Below, in pieces: positions 40,972 through 53,206 of a stretch of DNA of 64,000 bases (the first letter of the stretch is position 1; each line of letters starts with the position of its first letter). The notes beneath the pieces are model-generated. The model was given only the letters and a program-made list of their open reading frames with translations, did no database searches and was not told the DNA's origin. The DNA is from Octopus vulgaris (taxonomy: Eukaryota), in the NCBI GenBank assembly GCA_951406725.2, contig OX597822.1:72726001-72790000 (forward strand), in the 5' to 3' direction. Both the position numbers and the translations under genes were made by a program.

Positions 40972-42545
40972 GGAAACAGGTGATGAAGATAAGTATGGAA
41001 TTTTGAGGAAGAGAAATGAGGAGAAGGAGAAGAACAACAAGAAGAGCAATATTGAAAAAATCAAGTACGAAAACAAGTGATATAATGGATGAAAATGAAA
41101 GATAAAAACAAAAACATATCGAGGAGCATTAAAGGCAAGATAAACATTAAAGATTATTATGAAGAGAGTGACGATAATGATGCAGTAACTAAGTAAAACA
41201 ATTAAAAAATATAAAAAAAAAGGTACAAGAAAGAAAATTTTGGTAGGAAAGTGCTGCGAGAATAATGGAAAAAGAAAGGCAATCGAAATAGAGTTAAGTA
41301 GGTATAAGAAAGATTCCAATGGATTTCGTGCGTGTTCTGGGGATTTAAAAAGATGTTGAGAGGCATAGTAATCAAATAGCAATTAAAGAGATTAATGGAG
41401 AGACATGATGGAAACAATTTACTGGGATGTGTTTAGTTTTTACCGAGAATAATATCTGATGCAGAACTACGGATCCAGTATATCAAATTCGGAGTAAAAC
41501 TGGCGACAGACTCTAGACAATTATCTCTGTTAAATCTCTTACCGATGTTAATCTTCTATAGTAGACATCAAATAAATGTCTTGTATTGTTTCAGGAACCG
41601 AACATGAAAATGATTTAATCCGAATAGAGAAATTTGAGCAATGATAAGTGGGATAAATAAACATAAGACATCGTATGAGAAACCATAACTAATTCTTCTA
41701 TGAATATTCTTGTTTAAATTTCTAAATACACACAATTATCAGAAGAAAAATGACTAAATGATAAAATTTTATCTATTAAACTAATTGGTATTGAGTTCAC
41801 GTCGTTCCTAAACAGCGTACTGAATGTTAGGTAACTAAGTTTGCGCATTTTTTATAACGTACAGCACATATTTTGAGAATATTTAGAGAGTATTATTTAA
41901 GTTATTTTCCGCGTTTCAGTTTTCACGAAGCCTAGAAGTTAAGCGTCGATATTCAAAGCCCATTGGCTATTGTATGAGATATTCAAATGTAGCCTTTCAA
42001 GAAGTGACATTTTGCTGGCCTGAACTTTAAAAGACATACTGATAGAACAATGCTATGCTATTCGTTTAATTAGAATTATATGTAGCACCTCTGCCATTGT
42101 TCAGAACGAGGTGGAAAGCAGAGGAACAAACGCGAAATGGAGGATTTGGAGTGTAAATTGTCACAGAGAAGACTCATAAAAGATGCTTAAGTGCTGCGAG
42201 CAAAATGGTGAATGTAGGAGAAACAAATGTTTACTGAACAAAATAGTGTGCCTATACAACTTTTATTACATTGTCTTGACATGTGTATAATTTCGTTCTC
42301 ATTGCAAAGGTGGAAAATGCGAAATAACCCTCATATTTATTGCTGTTCATGACTGTTCTCAATTGTGTGCAATTCAAAGATCACTGTTAAATATCTCTGA
42401 GGTTTCCATGTTAAGAGGATCTTCTTTGTGCCGAATGTTGAAGTATGTTCATTCACCTCCTAAGTAGTTTCCTTATATTTCTCTTGGCTATATTGTGACA
42501 GAAGACTTTATGGTTGAAATATGTTTGTTTGAATTTATATTCCAG

Positions 42546-42647
42546 GCGAGCGATACAGTGTTCGCACATAGTGTTTGGTCTACTGGAGATGACACAAAAG
42601 TCGTAGATAATACCATCAGCGTTGAATGCCTAATTAAGAGAGCATTG
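42546..42647 (+). CDS. Candidate isolated 102-nt coding exon (ASDTVFAHSVWSTGDDTKVVDNTISVECLIKRAL), product unknown
   Basis: Acceptor tttatattccag|G, donor TTG|gtttgt, length divisible by 3, only the phase-0 frame is open, non-repetitive sequence. No family recognised. Confidence 0.3.
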
Positions 42648-43146
42648 GTTTGTGTTTCAACAACACAAGGCTTGTGGCTTGTTTTACTTAATTTCAATGG
42701 TTAATTGTCTATAACAGTAATTAATATGAAATATGAATATTTCTTAATATTTATCAAATGTAACTTTTTAAGAGAATGGAAGTTTGAATCAGATGTTACG
42801 TCTGATTATGTTAATGGGTGGCAGAGAATGGGGTATAATTAATTTTATCTTTGCATTGATTAGTTCTCTTAATTTGCTCCGGCATGTTTTATTTTTTAAT
42901 ATTTTGTTTGTTTTAGTCTGTGGACTTACGCCATGACAGGGAACTGCCTTAAAGAGTTTTAGTCGAACCATTCCACACCAGTACTTATTTTTCAAGTCGG
43001 GCAGGTATTCTGTCGGTTTCGTTTGTCGAACTACTAAGTAACAGGGATGCAAACAAACCAACACCGGTTGTCTAGTGAAGGTGAGGGAGAAGCATAAAAT
43101 ACATATGCAGATAAACCTATATACATACAAACCCTCATAAGCTATA

Positions 43147-43187
<41 letters not shown>

Positions 43188-43188
<1 letters not shown>

Positions 43189-43340
43189 GGCGCATGGCTG
43201 AATGGTTACAGCTTCGGGCTCACAATCATGAGACTAGGCTGTGTGTTGTGTTTTGGAGCAAGACACTTTATTTCTTGTCGCTCCAGTTCGCTCACCTATA
43301 GAAATGAGTTGCGATGTCACTGATGACAAGCAGTATCGAC
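43188..43340 (+). mobile_element. CORE-like tRNA-SINE head, degenerate
   Basis: ggcgcatggctgaatggtta...gagcaagacactttatttc..gctccagttcgctcacctatagaaatgag. Confidence 0.7.
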
Positions 43341-43718
43341 CTTAGAGAGATGCATATATATATATATTTTCATAATACCGGCTTCCCTCGTCAGGAGGGG
43401 AAATTGGCAGCAGGATGTTGATTCGCACTACAATGTGAACCCCTGACTGCCAATAAATTATAGCGCACAATTGAATAAATATGAGGAAAAGCTTAGCCAA
43501 TTTGAGATTGAATAAATTTGGTGTGAGCTTTATTCTCAATGGATTTTTGTAAACCAGTAAATAATAGTAGTAATATTTGTTCTATTTGTGGAAGTTACAT
43601 ATATACCTAATATTATCCTTGTAAATTTTAACGATTTTAAAATTGAACGCCATGTAAAATCTAAAATGTATGCATGTATGAGTATGCGTGTGAGTCTATG
43701 TATATGCAGGTATATGTA

Positions 43719-43931
43719 TGATGGGTGTTCAAAAGTTCCTAGCTTTGGAAAATGAAAACACAGGAGGACCAGTTAATTATGGTTTTATTCAACATACTAC
43801 CCTCTTAGATGCATACACTTATTGCAGTGATTCTTCACTTTTCTAAGCACTGTAAAAGAACTCGGATGTTTGCGTTTCCATCCAGGTCTTTCGCAATACC
43901 CTTAAAACCAGGGACTTATCACTACCCCCAC
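43719..43931. mobile_element. mariner-type MITE, second copy (inverted relative to 20545-20763)
   Basis: tgatgggtgttcaaaagttcctagcttt...cagttaattatg...cttattgcagtg...aaaccagggacttatcactacccc. Confidence 0.72.
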
Positions 43932-44445
43932 TAATATGCCTCTATATACGTAGAATATGTGTAGAAATCCATTTTGGAAATTAAACAGCAACAAACAAGC
44001 AAAAGAGCTCATCAAATAAGTGCATACCACAACTACGGAAAAATATTCAGTTGATATGTGCTATTGTTGTGACGTAGCAAAAATAGCAATCTCTTTTTAT
44101 GGAACATTACGGAACAAACACGTTAACAGCAATATCCTCGCGCGTATTTCTTTGGCATTGCAGAAAGAGCATTATTCAGATCTCCTATAGATAAAGTTTT
44201 ATCTCAACTAAATCTCTCTCTTAAAACAATTGTCGGAAAGATCTTTGTTGTATATCTTAGTAATTAGCAGCTACGTAGATAATAATTCTGTTATTAATAA
44301 CTGATTACTGTGTCAGCATATGGCTTCTTATATCTCATATGTTTTCTGTAATTTTTAAAATTCATGTGTGTTTGTGCATATATATGTGCATATATGTATG
44401 TGTTTCCGTATGTGTGAGTGTAAATGTATGCATACACACATCTAT

Positions 44446-44485
<40 letters not shown>

Positions 44486-44514
44486 GTGGAGAGAGAGAAA
44501 GAGAAACATATCTA

Positions 44515-44583
<69 letters not shown>

Positions 44584-44994
44584 AATATATGTATGTATGC
44601 GAGTGCGTATGTGTATCAGTGCGTATGTGTATTATATATATGTTTGTGTGTGCGTATTTATATGTTAATATCACATTCAATTCTATATTCCACGTCCACC
44701 GTTCAAAAAGAATTGTTTTGTTTATTCAATTATGACACCTCGGGGTTTCCTCAACTTGCAGTTGTACATAAAACCCTACAACATACCCAATAATATTAAA
44801 TCTATAACAAAAATAAAACTATAAAAGCTGATGCTTGCAGCAAAAGCGTATATTGTTTTATTTCTTTCAAAAATATACGAAATCATCATAAGATTTCTTG
44901 CCATTTCCACCTTTGTTTTATTATCTTTACTTTACCATGTTGGAACTTTTTAAAATTATCAGGGATATAAGGATAAATATAAAAAGTACATCTA

Positions 44995-45352
44995 GGCGCA
45001 GGAGTGGCTTTGTGGTAAGAACTTTGCTTAACAAACCCATGGTTCTGAGTTCAGTTCCACTGCGTGGCAACTTCGGCAGATATCTTCTACTATAGGGTCG
45101 GGCCGAACAAGCGTTGTGAGGGGATTTGGGCGATGGAAACTGAAAAAGCCTACCATGTATATATATATGTATATATATTTATGTGTGTGTCTGTGTTTGT
45201 TCCCTCACCATCGCTTTACAACTGACCTTGGTGTGTTTATGTCCCCGAAACTTAGCGGCTCAGCAAAAAAAAGCGCGATAGAATGAGTCCTGGGATTAAT
45301 TTCTTCGACTAAAAGCGGTGCTCCAGCATGGTTGCAGTCAACTGACTGAAAT
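44995..45352 (+). mobile_element. SINE family A, full length
   Basis: Collinear with 6433-6850. Confidence 0.9.
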
Positions 45353-45656
45353 ATGTACAGGAGGCAAAAGAGGAACATCATTCTTACATCAATACATATA
45401 TGTATATATAAGTATAAGAAATGTTACGTGCTGTGTAAGTGCAGCACGAAGTTTTGTCAGTGAACAAGTCGCGGTTTCAGAGGGACGAAAATATTTTGAC
45501 AAATTAAATTTAAATATTGAAGTGAATCTAACGGTTTTTCGTGTGTTCTTAAATCGCTTACAAACATCTTCCACGCTGCAATTGCTTTTGTTTCGGCACA
45601 CGATCTCAGATCAAGCCACTTGCTCTGCAAGTACTTCTCCGTGATTTAATTTTCAT

Positions 45657-46862
45657 TTGCGTCAGAATTTTCGTTGCTCGGCTGGTACCACAGACAAACT
45701 TTATCCAGGTGACAGACCAGATTTAACTGACAGAGTGTTTAATATGAAACTTCGGGATCTCTTGCATAATATTTTGGAGAAGACTGTTTTGAGAGATGCT
45801 GCAGGAAACATGTGGACTGAAGAGTTTGAAAAGCGTGGACTACCCCATTGTCATATGTTGTTTGTATTAATAAAAGAGCAAGGGCATTATGATAAATTTT
45901 TTTATACAGAACTTCCAAATCCACAAACAGAACCAATTCAACATGTCACCAAAAGCATGCTACATGGCCCATGTGGAAGAGAGAAACCCAATGCAACATG
46001 TATGGTGTATGAGAAATGTAAAAAACATTTCCCTAAAGACTTTCAGGAAAATACATTACACAGTTATAATGGCTATTCACTTTACCGGCATCGAAATAAT
46101 GATTTTACATTTACAAATTCTAATGTTGAATTAGATAATCGTTCGGTTGTACCATATTTTCCCTTCTTTTTAGTCAAATATGGAGGTCATATATGCAGAG
46201 ATATGTGCATCTGTAAAATCAGTTAAATATATTAGCAAATATATTCATAAAGGTCATGATTGGGTGACAGTCAATATTCTTGGACATACCATTGTACAAC
46301 AAACACACAAAGATGAAACTGAAAATTATATCAATGACCGCTAAGCATCCTCATCAGTGGCAATCAGGAGGACTTTAGGGTTCAAATAACATGGTTCATA
46401 TCCTGCAGTCCAACAGCTTGCAGTTCATTTACCCCAACAGCAATACATTTACTTTTACGACGATGATGATATTCAACATATTATGTACAGACATGACACG
46501 TCCACTCTCTGAATGGATGCGAGCTAACCGGGAATCACCAGCTAACTCATTTGCACATACATTACACTCTACTGATTTCCCTCAATTTTACACATGGAAT
46601 AATAATGATAAAATGTGGCATCTCAGAAACAATAATACACACTCGATTGGGTATATCTACTTTGTTTCACTGAAGGAACAAAAGCAATTTTATCTGAAGT
46701 GGCTGTGTGGTAAGTAGCTTGCTTACCAACCACATGGTTCCAGGTTCAGTCCCACAGCGTGGCACCTTGGGCAGGTGTCTTGTACTATAGCCTCGGGCCG
46801 ACCAAAGCCATGTGAGTGGATGTGGTAGACGGAAACTGAAAGAAGCCCGTCGTATATATGTA

Positions 46863-46917
<55 letters not shown>

Positions 46918-47340
46918 TTGTGTGTCGTATTTGTCCCCCCAACATCCCTTGACAACTGATGCTGATGTGTTTACGTCCCCGTAACTTAGCGGCTCGGCAA
47001 AAGAGACTGATAATACTGGGCTTACGAAGAATAAGTCCTGGGGTCGATTTGCTCGACTAAATGCGTTGCTCCAGCATGACCGCAATCAAATGACTGAAAC
47101 AAGTAAAAGAATATATTATATTCCGGAGATGCATCATTTGGAGATATGAGTACTATTAATGGTGTAGTTTGCCATAGTTACAAAGTGGCTGCAATGAAAC
47201 TGAGTTTCGCACATGATGACCGTGAATACTATCGGACTATGGAGCTTGCAAATATTTCGGCTACGGAGTTTGCAAATATTTCGGCTACTCCATATCAGAT
47301 GCGAAGACTTTTCTGTTCCATTCTTAATTGCTGCATTCCT
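45657..47340 (+). mobile_element. Decayed Helitron Rep(-helicase) fragment interrupted by a SINE
   Basis: DRPDLTDRVF, HUH motif 2 EFEKRGLPHCHML, MLHGPCG, CKKHFPK, DNRSVVPY; after a frameshift, motif 3 SVKYISKYIHKGHD (~46220-46260); DFPQFYTWN; after the SINE, STINGVVC..DDREY..QMRRLFCSIL. Truncated by (TA)n before the Pif1 helicase domain. Confidence 0.92.
46698..47110 (+). mobile_element. SINE family A inserted in the Helitron
   Basis: agtggctgtgtggtaagtagcttgcttacc ... caaatgactgaaacaagtaaaaga. Confidence 0.93.
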
Positions 47341-47401
<61 letters not shown>

Positions 47402-48314
47402 CATAAATATACGATACATGTAATACACCTTAAATTAAAGATAGCGTGTTAGCACTAGTATATATATAAATATATGCTAGTGCGAATACACAGACACACA
47501 TTGATGATTATATATGAAACTTGAGGGAAAACATATGCCACTAGAATACTTTTGTTCCATTACTATCCTCTGAGTTACACTTTGCATTGTTTTTTTTTTC
47601 TCTTGTTTAAGTACCCATAGAATTTCTAATCCTCTTTACACATAAGCAAATTTTTACACCATTAGCTATTAGACGAAATTACAACCATTGTTTCAGTGAT
47701 AAAATGGTTGATATGAAAATTGGCCGCTATTGATAAGGGAAATATTTGATATTGATGATTGTATTTCGATGAAAATTTGGCCATTAGTACTATCAGCACA
47801 GATAAGTGTACTTAGTATGTCGTTAATCAAACAAAATTCGAACCAAAATAATAACGATCTAAAATGAAACTAAAATTGATATCACTACTTTCGAAGTGTA
47901 ATGGAATATATATTGAAGAAATAATGAATCTTTGTTTATTTTATTACAAGTATGTTCCATGAATTTTATCACTTTTCACTATTTTCTACCATCTAAAAGA
48001 AATCATTTCGTTTTTCCTTTTGAAAGAATTCGTATTTTGCGTTGAAACACAATCATAAATTACAGAACAGGATGTATTCGATGGAATAGACTTACGTTCC
48101 ATTTTTGGTACTTATTTAATCTACTAAGGGAGGGAACTAAGCACTTAAGTTTAACTCTTTGCTCATCTGGCGCTATATTGTATAAGATAGCGGGACAGAT
48201 AAAAATAAATAATTAAACGTGTAGTGATTACACACACACACACATGTAAGAAGTTTTTGCGTAATAAGATAAAAACCAAGGCTGTGTAGATATTAGGGCA
48301 TTTATAGATAGAAA

Positions 48315-48366
48315 GTCTTACACTTGTTTCCAGGATATTTATCAATTATATCCCTTCATCGGAGAC
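48315..48366 (-). ncRNA. Degenerate type I hammerhead ribozyme (same family as 7702-7749)
   Basis: Minus strand: gtct-CCGATGA-agggatat...atatcctg-GAAAC-aagt-GTA-agac; U4 changed to C, remainder of the core and stem I present. Confidence 0.65.
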
Positions 48367-48540
48367 GGTGTGAGAGGATGGTTAAGTAATAGATAATTTA
48401 GATAGGATACAAAATAGAGAGTGAGGCGGGGGAAAGAACATAGCTGTGAGATATGTAGGGATATTGAATTTGTAGATACATTTTAAAGGCAGAATGGTAT
48501 ATATGTAAAATTCCAATACTATAGAGTTTAAATAACGCTG

Positions 48541-48649
<109 letters not shown>

Positions 48650-49452
48650 ATATATAGTAAGTACTACCTCGTGCTTGTGACATAGAAAGCGGTTTACAAC
48701 ACCCGATTTCGATGGCGTACAGGTGACTGAAAACCTGGAGGGATCACCAATCTGTGGTAGGTTTACTTACTTAAACCTGAGTGAACTGCAGTGACATGCA
48801 ATGAAGTGGTGTTTCGCTAAAGAAACATTTCCGATCCGGGAATGGAAATCACGATCTTGCGACCGTAAGTGCAACACCCTAAACACTAAACCACGCGCCT
48901 TAATTGTATCGCGACACGAGTAGATTAATTAAATCTCATTTCTTACAAATATGACTTACAATACAGGAATAATTATTTGCTATTCAGCAAGAAATACGTA
49001 GCCCAACCATTAAGGGTGAGTGGGTAAAATGCTTAATCTGCAAGCAAGTGCTTAGCAACTCAATTCCAGCCTAAGACTCTGGGGGCAGATTTCTTTTACA
49101 CACTACGCTGTAAACTTGGGAGTGGTATTTGCTTGATAGCCAGCGTTTCAGAAACACCACACACACACAAGTGTGTATGTATGTATATATACGTGCACTC
49201 ACATACACACCGCTGCCAACATCGTTCAAACAACATTCCTGGGTTTTGTTGAATGTGCAAATGAATATTCCTTACAAAAGATGCTTCTACTGCTAACGCA
49301 TACTAACATACATGCTAAAAGCTTGTTACTTATTCCATTGATCACTTTTGTGAAAACGCTAAATTACGGGGATATAAACACACCAACACTAATTGTTAAG
49401 CGTTGGTGAGGGAGAAAATCAGACACAAAGACAGGCACATCCCCCCCTCCCC

Positions 49453-49484
<32 letters not shown>

Positions 49485-49534
49485 GGAGAGAGATTTATAC
49501 ATATATACATATAAATTGAGGGTAAAATAATTAA

Positions 49535-50972
49535 AATGATTAGCGTATAAAAAAATGACCATATGAAACTAATCACCTTCTTTGAAGAAAATGACTTGCT
49601 GCCTGACGCACGCCCAACATGGTTTCCGACCAGGAAGAAGCTGCTTAACTCAGCTCCTACAACACTATGACTAGGGGCTGAAACGACTGCTCAACCACTC
49701 AAATGTGGAAGTCATATAAGTCGACTTTGCAAAGGCCTTTGATAAAGTCGATCATGGAATGATATGTCACAAACTGCGTGATCTTGGCATAGTTGGAAAA
49801 TTGGGAGAATGGCTTCATGACTTTCTGAAGGATAGAAGTCAGGTGGTAGTAGCAAATGGAGCCACTTCCATTAACACGCAAATAGTGAGCGGTGTTCCGC
49901 AAGGCACTGTTTTGGGACCACTACTGTTCATAATGCCCCTTTCAGACATGCCCTCAGCCACGCAGAGAGCCACGATCACAAGTTATGCAGATGATACAAA
50001 AGTTTCACAGACAATACAGAACCCTGAAGACACTAAGCACCTGCAATGTGAGCTGGACAAAATATACAAGTGGGCTGAAAAGAATAAAATGCAGTTCAGT
50101 GCTGAAATGTTTCAAGCTTTATGCTATCAGCATGCAAAACTAAATGCAATACCCAATAAATACACTGGACCTGGATGGGATTGCAATCCCAGAGGCACAA
50201 TCAGTGCGAGACCTGGGTATTAACATGAGTGATGATGCAACATTTCATGTGCATGTTGCTAAATTGGCAATGAAATGTAGGCGGCTGACCGGATAGATTC
50301 TTAGAACCTTTAGGACAAGAGACCAGGAAACCATGATGGTCCTCTGGAGGATACTTGTCCTAAGCCACTTTGACTATTGCTCTCAGCTATGGTCACCATC
50401 CAGTGTCAAGTTAATCACAGAACTTGAGGCGATCCAACGAAGCTACACGAAGAAGATAGCCTCTGTGCAGCATATAAGCTATTGGGAAAGACTCAAGAGA
50501 TTGAGACTCTATTCCTTAGAGCGTAGGCGAGAAAGATATGCCATAATATACATCTGGAAGATCCTAGAAGGACTTGTCTCAAACTTTGGCATCGAGAGTT
50601 ACACAAATGCCAGAACTGGGCGCCACTGCATAGTACCAAGTACTCCAAATCTGCCATTAAGATGTAGGACTAGATACTGTGATAGCCTGGGCTTCCGAGG
50701 CCCACAACTCTTCAATATCCTCCCGAAGAACCTAAGAGACCTGCATTGGGTGGATGCAGATGTCTTTAAAATGAAACTGGATCTCTTTTGTCAGGTGTCC
50801 CAGATGAACCAACTTCACAACATGAGGTGCAGATGAGGGCAGCTGCATCTAACTCTCTCATGCACCAAATGGCAATTATCAAAAATGTATTCGTGAAGTA
50901 AAATCATGTAGCAACACCAAATGGCGGTGCCCCAGCATAGCCACAGCTTGTGAGCTGAAACTAGATAAAAAA
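49535..50972 (+). mobile_element. 5'-truncated CR1-group LINE: RT pseudogene and intact 3' end
   Basis: QHGFRPGRSCLTQLL, DFAKAFDKVDH, SGVPQGTVLGPLLF, YADDTK (ORF 49759-50223); LSHFDYCSQLWSP, LEAIQR, SYWERLKRLRLYSLERRR (ORF 50333-50836); stops and frameshifts; 3' stem-loop then A-rich end. Confidence 0.93.
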
Positions 50973-51415
50973 TTTTTTTTTTAAATCGGTAAAAATAATT
51001 TTTATGTATATAATTATAAAAATATAATTATAATTAAGGGCGCTGGAATGCCAGCGCCTTATACGCTAGGAGTAGATGAATACTATAATCCACTCGAAAT
51101 TTGTCATCTATTTTTAACCCCACATTGAATGCGAGGTAATGAGGTAGCATTCCAGGGTTCCAAGTTATAATTATTATAATTATATATATAAATGCGACGA
51201 GCTTCTTTCAGTTTCCATCTACCACAAGGTTTAGGTTGTTCCGAGGCAAGAGCAGAACACACTTATCCAAGGTACCACGTAGTGAGATTGAACCCGGAAC
51301 CATGTGGTTCAGAAGTAAACTTGTTGGGTGTACCTGCACCTTTATATTCAAATTCTTATGTTCTAGATATTAAAAAGTAATATCTTTTTAACAGATATTT
51401 CTAAATAGCAAACTC

Positions 51416-51494
<79 letters not shown>

Positions 51495-52025
51495 TAATAC
51501 GCATTTTCCCCCATATTGATTTTAAAGTCTATTATCATGAGTGAATCATCTATTAATGAATTGGTATTAACCTACCTGTTCTTCGAATGACATGTGTGTT
51601 ATATTATCATAAAAACAAATTGTTTATAACGTTTAGTAATATAAGACTACAGACTTGAAATATTTCGGTTGCATATTCACAAGTTGCATATCTGTATACA
51701 CCCATCAAATTCTTTCTCTAGTTACGTACCTCAAGTTTTCACCGGATTACGGATTATAACCCTAAATCCTAGTAAATGCGGCCTTCATTGAATTAAGTAA
51801 ACAGCTACGATTTTTTAAGATGTCGCAGGCTTAAATGTTTAAATGAAGTCCTACCAAAATCTTGTTTAGAAAGAGTATTTATTTTTTATCCTTTATATTT
51901 AAATATTGTCAGTGATAGCACAACGCCCATACTGGAGTAACATATTGAAGGGTTTTCTCGAACATATCCATCGCAGTACTTATTTTAAGTCAGGGTCTTA
52001 CCTTTTACCTACTTTATCTCTCTTA

Positions 52026-52446
52026 CTCTTTACTTACTTGTTTCAATCATTTGACTGTGGCCATGCGGGAACACCAATTTTAGTCGACCAAATCGACACC
52101 AGGAGTTATTCGTTGTAAGCCTAGTACTTATTCTATGGGTAAACACACCAGCATCGGTTGTCAAGCGGTGTTGCCCCCCCCCCCACATCGCTTGTATATA
52201 TGTATATATGTACGTTTGTGTGATTGTGTTTGTCCCCACAAACACAGACACACAAACATACATATATATATGTACATATATACGACGGTCTTCTTTCAGT
52301 TTCCGTTTACCAAATCCACTCACAAGTCTTTGGTCGGCCCGAGGGCTATAGTAGAAGACACTTACCCAAGATGCCACGCTGTGGGACCGAACCAAGAACC
52401 AGGTGGTTGGTAAGCAACCTACCTACCACACAGTCACTCCTGCGCC
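52026..52446 (-). mobile_element. SINE family A (further fragments at 51195-51340, 51905-52000, 52480-52690)
   Basis: ttacttgtttcaatcatttgactgtggccatgc ... ccacacagtcactcctgcgcc. Confidence 0.9.
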
Positions 52447-52988
52447 TATTCACACTCATTCACATTGGTACACTGTAAATTTGTTTATGGGGACATAAAC
52501 AAACCAACATACATATCTATAGATATATATGTTGGGATCTCATTCAGTTTCCGTCTACAAAATTTCCGTCACAGGGTACTAGTCGGGCCGAAGCTATATC
52601 AGAAGCCATCTGCACAAACAGCCGCGCAGTTGGATTGAACCAAAAATCATATAGCTGCAAACTATAGAGTTTCTCAGTCATACAACCAAGGCAGTAAAAC
52701 TTTTTCTACTTCTCATCTGCACAACATAGTCTTTGTACTGAATCCTCACTAATGTTTGTGTAAATTCTGCAGTTGGTTAACTTAAGAAGACCAGTTGCTG
52801 TAACATTTCAACAGAAACTGTAAAAGATTACAGAGGATTAAAAACGCTAGAATATTGATTTTTGTAAATTTTTTTCTATTTGAAGTACCGAATATCTTCA
52901 TATTGATTGTTTGGGGGAATATTCGTTAGTTATAAATCGAAAGAAATATTTGTCTGGTTTCATTTACAGATATTTCTAAATAACAATC

Positions 52989-53206
<218 letters not shown>

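Noticed and set aside
51039-51069. Helitron 3' terminus (ggcgctgg/ccagcgcc hairpin followed by CTAG)
   Set aside because: CTAG is followed by G rather than T, it is 3.7 kb from the Rep fragment, and ctggaatgc is mirrored by gcattccag at ~51147, so it fits a small inverted TA-flanked element at least as well. Unresolved.
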